From Eledone cirrhosa (taxonomy: Eukaryota): a stretch of DNA of 64,000 nucleotides. Location: positions 173,538,001 to 173,602,000 of the forward strand of contig OZ024743.1 of NCBI GenBank assembly GCA_964016885.1, read 5' to 3'. Shown in pieces: positions 54,063-64,000 of this stretch (its first letter is position 1; each line of letters starts with the position of its first letter). The notes below the pieces were generated by a model. That model had not been told where the DNA came from. It did no database searches and saw only the letters and a list, made by a program, of their open reading frames with translations. A program made the translations under genes and the position numbers.

Positions 54063-57000
54063 TGGTAGTGGTGGTAGTGTGGGTGTGTAGTGTGGTGAGG
54101 ATATTGGTAGTGGTGGTAGTGTGGGTGTGTAGTGTGGTGGTGAGGATATTGGTAGTGGTAGTAGTGTGGGTGTGTAGTGTGGTGAGGATATTGGTAGTGG
54201 TGGTAGTGTGGGTGTGTAGTGTGGTGTGGTGAGGATATTGGTAGTGTGGGTGTGTGGTGTGGTGAGGATATTGGTAGTGGTGGTAGTATGGGTGTGTGGT
54301 GTGGTGAGGATATTGGTAGTGGTGGTAGTGTGGTGGTGAGGATATTGGTAGTGGTAGTAGTGTGGGTGTGTAGTGTGGTGGTGAGGATATTGGTAGTGGT
54401 GGTAGTGTGGGTGTGTAGTGTGGTGAGGATATTGGTAGTGGTGGTAGTGTGGGTGTGTGGTGTTGGTGGTGAGGATATTGGTAGTGGTGGTAGTGTGGGT
54501 GTGTAGTGTGGTGAGGATATTGGTAGTGGTGGTAGTGTGGGTGTGTAGTGTGGTGGTGAGGATATTGGTAGTGGTAGTAGTGTGGGTGTGTAGTGTGGTG
54601 GTGAGGATATTGGTAGTGGTGGTAGTGTGGGTGTGTAGTGTGGTGAGGATATTGGTAGTGGTGGTAGTGTGGGTGTGTCGTGTGGTGGTGAGGATATTGG
54701 TAGTGGTGGTAGTGTAGGTGTGTGGTGTGGTGAGGATATTGGTAGTGGTGGTAGTGTGGGTGTGTGGTGTTGGTGGTGAGGATATTGGTAGTGGTGGTAG
54801 TGTGGGTGTGTAGTGTGGTGTGGTGAGGATATTGGTAGTGGTGGTAGTGTGGGTGTGTGGTGTGGTGAGGATATTGGTAGTGGTGGTAGTGTGGGTGTGT
54901 GGTGTGGTGTGGTGAGGATATTGGTAGTGGTGGTAGTGTGGGTGTGTAGTGTGGTGAGGATATTGGTAGTGGTGGTAGTGTGGGTGTGTAGTGTGGTGGT
55001 GAGGATATTGGTAGTGGTGGTAGTGTGGGTGTGTGGTGTTGGTGGTGAGGATATAAGTAGTGGTGGTAGTGTGGGTGTGTGGTGTGGTGAGGATATTGGT
55101 AGTGGTGGTAGTGTGGGTGTGTAGTGTGGTGGTGAGGATATTGGTAGTGGTAGTAGTGTGGGTGTGTAGTGTGGTGAGGATATTGGTAGTGGTGGTAGTG
55201 TGGGTGTGTGGTGTGGTGAGGATATTGGTAGTGGTGGTAGTGTGGGTGTGTGGTGTGGTGAGGATATTGGTAGTGGTGGTAGTGTGGGTGTGTAGTGTGG
55301 TGTGGTGAGGATATTGGTAGTGGTGGTAGTGTGGGTGTGTAGTGTGGTGTGGTGAGGATATTGGTAGTGGTGGTAGTGTGGGTGTGTGGTGTTGGTGGTG
55401 AGGATATAAGTAGTGGTGGTAGTGTGGGTGTGTGGTGTTGGTGGTGAGGATATTGGTAGTGGTGGTAGTGTGGGTGTGTAGTGTGGTGAGGATATTGGTA
55501 GTGGTGGTAGTGTGGGTGTGTAGTGTGGTGGTGAGGATATTGGTAGTGGTAGTAGTGTGGGTGTGTAGTGTGGTGGTGAGGATATTGGTAGTGGTGGTAG
55601 TGTGGGTGTGTAGTGTGGTGAGGATATTGGTAGTGGTGGTAGTGTGGGTGTGTAGTGTGGTGGTGAGGATATTGGTAGTGGTGGTAGTGTGGGTGTGTGG
55701 TGTGGTGTGGTGAGGATAATGGTAGTGGTGGTAGTGTGGGTGTGTGGTGTGGTGTGGTGAGTATATGGGTAGTGGTGGTAGTGTGGGTGTGTGGTGTTGG
55801 TGGTGAGGATAATGGTAGTGGTGGTAGTGTGGGTGTGTGGTGTGGTGTGGTGAGGATATTGGTAGTGGTGGTAGTGTGGGTGTGTGGTGTTGGTGGTGAG
55901 GATATTGGTAGTGGTGGTAGTGTGGGTGTGTGGTGTTGGTGGTGAGGATATTGGTAGTGGTGGTAGTGTGGGTGTGTGGTGTGGTGTGGTGAGGATAATG
56001 GTAGTGGTGGTAGTGTGGGTGTGTGGTGTGGTGTGGTGAGTATATGGGTAGTGGTGGTAGTGTGGGTGTGTGGTGTTGGTGGTGAGGATAATGGTAGTGG
56101 TGGTAGTGTGGGTGTGTGGTGTGGTGTGGTGAGGATATTGGTAGTGGTGGTAGTGTGGGTGTGTGGTGTGGTGTGGTGAGGATATTGGTAGTGGTGGTAG
56201 TGTGGGTGTGTGGTGTGGTGTGGTGAGGATATTGGTAGTGGTGGTAGTGTGGGTGTGTGGTGTGGTGAGGATATTGGTAGTGGTGGTAGTGTGGGTGTGT
56301 GGTGTGGTGAGGATATTGGTAGTGGTGGTAGTGTGGGTGTGTAGTGTGGTGTGGTGAGGATATTGGTAGTGGTGGTAGTGTGGGTGTGTAGTGTGGTGTG
56401 GTGAGGATATTGGTAGTGGTGGTAGTGTGGGTGTGTGGTGTTGGTGGTGAGGATATAAGTAGTGGTGGTAGTGTGGGTGTGTGGTGTGGTGTGGTGAGGA
56501 TATTGGTAGTGGTATTAGTGTGGGTGTGTGGTGTTGGTGGTGAGGATATTGGTAGTGGTGGTAGTGTGGGTGTGTGGTGTGGTGTGGTGAGGATATTGGT
56601 AGTGGTGGTAGTTTGGGTGTGTGGTGTGGTGTGGTGAGGATATTGGTAGTGGTGGTAGTGTGGGTGTGTGGTGTTGGTGGTGAGGATATTGGTAGTGGTG
56701 GTAGTGTGGGTGTGTGGTGTGGTGAGGATATTGGTAGTGGTGGTAGTGTGGGTGTGTGGTGTGGTGTGGTGAGGATATTGGTAGTGGTGGTAGTGTGGGT
56801 GTGTGGTGTTGGTGGTGAGGATATTGGTAGTGGTGGTAGTGTGGGTGTGTGGTGTTGGTGGTGAGGATATTGGTAGTGGTGGTAGTGTGGGTGTGTGGTG
56901 TGGTGTGGTGAGGATAATGGTAGTGGTGGTAGTGTGGGTGTGTGGTGTGGTGTGGTGAGTATATGGGTAGTGGTGGTAGTGTGGGTGTGTGGTGTTGGTG

Positions 57001-60000
57001 GTGAGGATAATGGTAGTGGTGGTAGTGTGGGTGTGTGGTGTGGTGTGGTGAGGATATTGGTAGTGGTGGTAGTGTGGGTGTGTGGTGTGGTGTGGTGAGG
57101 ATATTGGTAGTGGTGGTAGTGTGGGTGTGTGGTGTGGTGTGGTGTGTTGAGGATATTGGTAGTGGTGGTAGTGTGTGTGGTGTTGGTGGTGAGGATAATG
57201 GTAGTGGTGTTGGTGGTGACGATATTGGTAGTGGTGGTAGTGTGGGTGTGTGGTGTGGTGTGGTGAGGATAATGGTAGTGGTGGTAGTGTGGGTGTGTTG
57301 TGTGGTGAGGATATTGGTAGTGGTGGTAGTGTGGGTGTGTGGTGTTGGTGGTGAGGATATTGGTAGTGGTGGTAGTGTGGGTGTGTAGTGTGGTGTGGTG
57401 AGGATATTGGTAGTGGTGGTAGTGTGGGTGTGTGGTGTTGGTGGTGAGGATATAAGTAGTGGTGGTAGTGTGGGTGTGTGGTGTGGTGTGGTGAGGATAT
57501 TGGTAGTGGTGTTAGTGTGGGTGTGTGGTGTTGGTGGTGAGGATATTGGTAGTGGTGGTGGTGTGTGGTGTGGTGTGGTGAGGATATTGGTAGTGGTGGT
57601 AGTGTGGGTGTGTGGTGTTGGTGGTGAGGATATTGGTAGTGGTAGTAGTGTGGGTGTGTGGTGTGGTGAGGATATTGGTAGTGGTGGTAGTGTGGGTGTG
57701 TGTTGTGGTGTGGTGAGGATATTGGTAGTGGTGGTAGTGTGGGTGTGTGGTGTTGGTGGTGAGGATATTGGTAGTGGTGGTAGTGTGGGTGTGTGGTGTG
57801 GTGTGGTGAGGATATTGGTAGTGGTGGTAGTGTGGGTGTGTGGTGTGGTGAGGATATTGGTAGTGGTGGTAGTGTGGGTGTGTGGTGTGGTGAGGATAAT
57901 GGTAGTGGTGGTAGTGTGGGTGTGTGGTGTTGGTGGTGAGGATATTGGTAGTGGTGGTAGTGTGGGTGTGTGGTGTGGTGAGGATATTGGTAGTGGTGGT
58001 AGTGTGGGTGTGTGGTGTGGTGAGGATATTGGTAGTGTGGGTGTGTGGTGTGGTGTGGTGAGGATATTGGTAGTGGTGGTAGTGTGGGTGTGTGGTGTGG
58101 TGTGGTGAGGATATTGGTAGTGGTGGTAGTGTGGGTGTGTGGTGTGGTGAGGATAATGGTAGTGGTGGTAGTGTGGGTGTGTGGTGTGGTGAGGATAATG
58201 GTAGTGGTGGTAGTGTGGGTGTGTGGTGTTGGTGGTGAGGATATTGGTAGTGGTGGTAGTGTGGGTGTGTGGTGTGGTGAGGATAGTGGTAGTGGTGGTA
58301 GTGTGGGTGTGTGGTGTTGGTGGTGAGGATATTGGTAGTGGTGGTAGTGTGGGTGTGTGGTGTGGTGTGGTGTGGTGAGGATATTGGTAGTGGTGGTAGT
58401 GTGGGTGTGTGGTGTTGGTGGTGAGGATATTGGTAGTGGTGGTAGTGTGGGTGTGTGGTGTGGTGTGGTGAGGATATTGGTAGTGGTGGTAGTGTGGGTG
58501 TGTGGTGTTGGTGGTGAGGATATTGGTAGTGGTGGTAGTGTGGGTGTGTGGTGTGGTGAGGATAGTGGTAGTGGTGGTAGTGTGGTGTTGGTGGTGAGGA
58601 TATTGGTAGTGGTGGTAGTGTGGGTGTGTGGTGTGGTGTGGTGAGGATATTGGTAGTGGTGTGTGGTGTTGGTGGTGAGGATATTGGTAGTGGTGGTGGT
58701 GTGTGGTGTGGTGTGGTGAGGATATTGGTAGTGGTGGTAGTGTGGGTGTGTGGTGTTGGTGGTGAGGATATTGGTAGTGGTAGTAGTGTGGGTGTGTGGT
58801 GTGGTGAGGATATTGGTAGTGGTGGTAGTGTGGGTGTGTGTTGTTGGTGGTGAAGATATTGGTAGTGGTGGTAGTGTGGGTGTGTGGTTTGGTGTGGTGA
58901 GGATAGTGGTAGTGGTGGTAGTGTGGGTGTGTGGTGTGGTGAGGATATTGGTAGTGGTGGTAGTGTGGGTGTGTGGATGTGGTGTGGTGAGGATATTGGT
59001 AGTGGTGTTGGTGTGTGGTGTGGTGTGGTGAGGATATTGGTAGTGGTGGTAGTGTGGGTGTGTGGTGTGGTGTGGTGAGGATATTGGTAGTGGTGGTAGT
59101 GTGGGTGTGTGGTGTGGTGAGGATATTGGTAGTGGTGGTAGTGTGGGTGTGTGGTGTGGTGAGGATATTGGTAGTGGTGGTAGTGTGGGTGTGTGGTGTG
59201 GTGAGGATAATGGTAGTGGTGGTAGTGTGGGTGTGTGGTGTGGTGAGGATATTGGTAGTGGTGGTAGCGTGGCTGTGAGGTGTGGTGTGGTGAGGATATT
59301 GGTAGTGGTGGTAGTGTGGGTGTGTGGTGTGGTGAGGATAATGATAGTGGTGGTAGTGTGGGTGTGCGGTGTTCGTGGTGAGGATATTGGTAGTGGTGGT
59401 AGTGTGGGTGTGTGGTGAGGATATTGGTAGTGGTGGTAGTGTGGGTGTGTGGTGTGGTGTGGTTAGGATATTGGTAGTGGTGATAGTGTGGGTGTGTGGT
59501 ATGGTGTGGTGAGGATAGTGGTAGTGGTGGTAGTGTGGGTGTGTGGTATGGTGTGGTGAGGATATTGGTAGTGGTGGTAGTGTGGGTGTGTGGTGTTGGT
59601 GGTGAGGATAGTGGTGGTAGTGTGGGTGTGTGGTGTGGTGTGGTGAGGATATTGGTAGTGGTGGTAGTGTGGTGTGGTGAGGATATTGGTAGTGGTAGTA
59701 GTGTGGGTGTGTGGTGTGGTGAGGATAATGGTAGTGGTAGTAGTGTGGGTGTGTGGTGTTGGTGGTGAGGATATTGGTAGTGGTGGTAGTGTGGGTGTGT
59801 GGTGTGGTGAGGATATTTGTAGTGGTGTGGGTGTGTGGTGTGGTGAGGATATTGGTAGTGGTGGTAGTGTGGGTGTGTGGTGTGGTGAGGATATTGGTAG
59901 TGTGGTTGTGTGGTGTTGTGTGGTGAGGATATTGGTAGTGGTGGTAGTGTGGGTGTGTGGTGTGGTGTGGTGAGGATATTGGTAGTGGTGGTAGTGTGGG

Positions 60001-63000
60001 TGTGTGGTGTGGTGAGGATAATGGTAGTGGTGGTAGTGTGGGTGTGTGGTGTGGTGAGGATAGTGGTAGTGGTGGTAGTGTGGTGTTGGTGGTGAGGATA
60101 TTGGTAGTGGTGGTAGTGTGGGTGTGTGGTGTGGTGTGGTGAGGATATTGGTAGTGGTGTGTGGTGTTGGTGGTGAGGATATTGGTAGTGGTGGTGGTGT
60201 GTGGTGTGGTGTGGTGAGGATATTGGTAGTGGTGGTAGTGTGGGTGTGTGGTGTTGGTGGTGAGGATATTGGTAGTGGTAGTAGTGTGGGTGTGTGGTGT
60301 GGTTAGGATATTGGTAGTGGTGGTAGTGTGGGTGTGTGTTGTTGGTGGTGAAGATATTGGTAGTGGTGGTAGTGTGGGTGTGTGGTTTGGTGTGGTGAGG
60401 ATAGTGGTAGTGGTGGTAGTGTGGGTGTGTGGTGTGGTGAGGATATTGGTAGTGGTGGTAGTGTGGGTGTGTGGATGTGGTGTGGTGAGGATATTGGTAG
60501 TGGTGTTGGTGTGTGGTGTGGTGTGGTGAGGATATTGGTAGTGGTGGTAGTGTGGGTGTGTGGTGTGGTGTGGTGAGGATATTGGTAGTGGTGGTAGTGT
60601 GGGTGTGTGGTGTGGTGAGGATATTGGTAGTGGTGGTAGTGTGGGTGTGTGGTGTGGTGAGGATATTGGTAGTGGTGGTAGTGTGGGTGTGTGGTGTGGT
60701 GAGGATAATGGTAGTGGTGGTAGTGTGGGTGTGTGGTGTGGTGAGGATATTGGTAGTGGTGGTAGCGTGGCTGTGAGGTGTGGTGTGGTGAGGATATTGG
60801 TAGTGGTGGTAGTGTGGGTGTGTGGTGTGGTGAGGATAATGATAGTGGTGGTAGTGTGGGTGTGCGGTGTTCGTGGTGAGGATATTGGTAGTGGTGGTAG
60901 TGTGGGTGTGTGGTGAGGATATTGGTAGTGGTGGTAGTGTGGGTGTGTGGTGTGGTGTGGTTAGGATATTGGTAGTGGTGATAGTGTGGGTGTGTGGTAT
61001 GGTGTGGTGAGGATAGTGGTAGTGGTGGTAGTGTGGGTGTGTGGTATGGTGTGGTGAGGATATTGGTAGTGGTGGTAGTGTGGGTGTGTGGTGTTGGTGG
61101 TGAGGATAGTGGTGGTAGTGTGGGTGTGTGGTGTGGTGTGGTGAGGATATTGGTAGTGGTGGTAGTGTGGTGTGGTGAGGATATTGGTAGTGGTAGTAGT
61201 GTGGGTGTGTGGTGTGGTGAGGATAATGGTAGTGGTAGTAGTGTGGGTGTGTGGTGTTGGTGGTGAGGATATTGGTAGTGGTGGTAGTGTGGGTGTGTGG
61301 TGTGGTGAGGATATTTGTAGTGGTGTGGGTGTGTGGTGTGGTGAGGATATTGGTAGTGGTGGTAGTGTGGGTGTGTGGTGTGGTGAGGATATTGGTAGTG
61401 TGGGTGTGTGGTGTTGTGTGGTGAGGATATTGGTAGTGGTGGTAGTGTGGGTGTGTGGTGTGGTGTGGTGAGGATATTGGTAGTGGTGGTAGTGTGGGTG
61501 TGTGGTGTGGTGAGGATAATGGTAGTGGTGGTAGTGTGGGTGTGTGGTGTGGTGAGGATAATGGTAGTGGTGGTAGTGTGGGTGTGTGGTGTTGGTGGTG
61601 AGGATATTGGTAGTGGTGGTAGTGTGGGTGTGTGGTGTTGGGGGTGAGGATATTGGTAGTGGTGGTAGTGTGGGTGTGTGGTGTTGTGTGGTGAGGATAT
61701 TGGTAGTGGTGGTAGTGTGGGTGTGTGGTGTGGTGAGGATATTGGTAGTGGTGGTAGTGTGGGTGTGTGGTGTGGTGAGCATATTGGTAGTGGTGGTAGT
61801 GTGGGTGTGTGGTGTGGTGAGGATAATGGTAGTGGTGGTAGTGTGGGTGTGTGGTGTGGTGTGGTGAGGATATTGATAGTGGTGGTAGTGTGGGTGTGTG
61901 GTGTGGTGAGGATATTAGTAGTGGTGGTAGTGTGGGTGTGTGGTGTGGTGAGGATATTGGTAGTGGTGGTAGTGTGGGTGTGTGGTGTGGTGAGGATATT
62001 GGTAGTGGTGGTAGTGTGGGTGTGTGGTGTGGTGTGGTGAGGATATTGGTAGTGGTGGTAGTGTGGGTGTGTGGTGTGGTGAGGATATTGGTAGTGGTGA
62101 GGATATTGGTAGTGGTGGTGGTGGGGGTGAGTGGTGTGGTGAGGATATTGGTAGTGGTGGTAGTGTGGGTGTGTGGTGTGGTGTGGTGAGGATAGTGGTA
62201 GTGGTGGTAGTGTCGGTGTGTGGTGTGGTGTGGTGAGGATATTGGTAGTGGTGCTAGTGTGGGTGTGTGGTGTTGGTGGTGAGGATATTGGTAGTGGTGG
62301 TAGTGTGGGTGTGTGGTGTGGTGTGGTGAGGATAATGGTAGTGGTGGTAGTGTGGGTGTGTGGTGTGGTGAGGATATTGGTAGTGGTGGTAGTGTGGGTG
62401 TGTGGTGTGGTGTGGTGAGGATATTGGTAGTGGTGGTAGTGTGGGTGTGTGGTGTGGTGTGGTGAGGATATTGGTAGTGGTGGTAGTGTGGGTGTGTGGT
62501 GTTGGTGGTGAGGATATTGGTAGTGGTGGTAGTGTGGGTGTGTGGTGTTGGTGGTGAGGATATTGGTAGTGGTGGTAGTGTGGGTGTGTGGTGTGGTGTG
62601 GTGAGGATAATGGTAGTGGTGGTAGTGTGGGTGTGTGGTGTGGTGTGGTGAGTATATGGGTAGTGGTGGTAGTGTGGGTGTGTGGTGTTGGTGGTGAGGA
62701 TAATGGTAGTGGTGGTAGTGTGGGTGTGTGGTGTGGTGTGGTGAGGATATTGGTAGTGGTGGTAGTGTGGGTGTGTGGTGTGGTGTGGTGAGGATATTGG
62801 TAGTGGTGGTAGTGTGGGTGTGTGGTGTGGTGTGGTGTGTTGAGGATATTGGTAGTGGTGGTAGTGTGTGTGGTGTTGGTGGTGAGGATAATGGTAGTGG
62901 TGTTGGTGGTGACGATATTGGTAGTGGTGGTAGTGTGGGTGTGTGGTGTGGTGTGGTGAGGATAATGGTAGTGGTGGTAGTGTGGGTGTGTGGTGTGGTG

Positions 63001-64000
63001 AGGATATTGGTAGTGGTGGTAGTGTGTGTGGTGTTGGTGGTGAGGATAAGGGTAGTGGTGGTAGTGTGGGTGTGTGGTGTTGGTGGTGAGGATATTGGTA
63101 GTGGTGGTAGTGTGGGTGTGTGGTGTGGTGAGGATATTGGTAGTGGTGGTGGTGTGGGTGTGTGGTGTGGTGTGGGGAGGATAATGGTAGTGGTGGTAGT
63201 GTGGGTGTGTGGTGTGGTGAGGATATTGGTAGTGGTGGTAGTGTGTGTGGTGTTGGTGGTGAGGATAATGGTAGTGGTGGTAGTGTGGGTGTGTGGTGTG
63301 GTGAGGATATTGTAGTGGTGGTAGTGTGGGTGTGTGGTGTTGGTGGTGAGGATATTGGTAGTGGTGGTAGTGTGGGTGTGTGGTGTGGTGTGAGTGGTGG
63401 TAGTGTGGGTGTGAGGTGTGGTGAGGATATTGGTAGTGGTGGTAGTGTGGGTGTGGTGTGGTGTGGTGAGGATATTGGTGGTGGTGGTAGTGTGGGTGTG
63501 TGGTGTGGTGAGGATATTGGTGGTGGTGGTAGTGTAGGTGTGTGGTGTGGTGTGGTGAGGATAATGGTAGTGGTGGTAGTGTGGGTGTGTGGTGTGGTGT
63601 GGTGAGGATATTGGTAGTGGTGGTAGTGTGGGTGTGTGGTGTGGTGTGGTGAGGATATTGGTAGTGGTGGTAGTGTGGGTGTGTGATGTGGTGTGGTGAG
63701 GATAATGGTAGTGGTAGTAGTGTGGGTGTGTGGTGTTGGTGGTGAGGATATTGGTAGTTGTGGTAGTGTGGGTGTGTGGTGTGGTGAGGATATTGGTACT
63801 GGTGGTAGTGTGGGTGTGTGGTGTGGTGTGGTGAGGATATTGGTAGTGGTGGTGGTGTGGGTGTGTGGTGTGGTGTGGTGAGGATATTGGTAGTGGTGGT
63901 GGTGTGGCGAGGATATTGGTAGTGGTGGTAGTGTGGGTGTGTGGTGTGGTGTGGTGAGGATAGTGGTAGTGGTGGTAGTGTGGGTGTGTGGTGTGGTGTG
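54063..64000. repeat. G/T-rich 42-48-bp minisatellite, continues past window end
   Basis: Consensus GTGGTGAGGATATTGGTAGTGGTGGTAGTGTGGGTGTGTGGT with GTGGT/TTGGTG length variants; almost no C on + strand. Confidence 0.98.

Noticed and set aside
54219-63881. GEDIGSGGSVGVWC / VVRILVVVV repeat proteins
   Set aside because: Unit lengths of 42/47/48 bp shift frame constantly; no frame is conserved.
54063-64000. Telomeric repeat
   Set aside because: No TTAGGG or other short telomere unit.

Overview
Repeat-dominated animal genomic DNA. The SINE/LINE families and huge (TA)n arrays suggest an octopus-like cephalopod (inference, not verified). About 70% of the window is micro/minisatellite: interrupted (TA)n arrays, a 38-bp satellite with recurrent inversions, a core+(GT)n satellite and a 42-48-bp G/T-rich array. 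The rest is mostly transposon debris sitting in (TA)n: two RTE-clade LINE copies with a C4HC3 PHD-like finger inside the RT and a structured 3'UTR, a frameshifted CR1/L2-group LINE with a tail-to-tail inverted 3' copy beside a 200-N gap, an RTE 3' end with C2H2 fingers, Penelope-like fragments with seven hammerhead ribozyme motifs, a non-autonomous Helitron, two piggyBac-type MITEs and tRNA-derived SINEs. Four short unique islands look like + strand exons of a host gene, possibly a membrane channel. Nearly all long ORFs in the track are repeat artefacts. All calls were made by eye; no searches were run.
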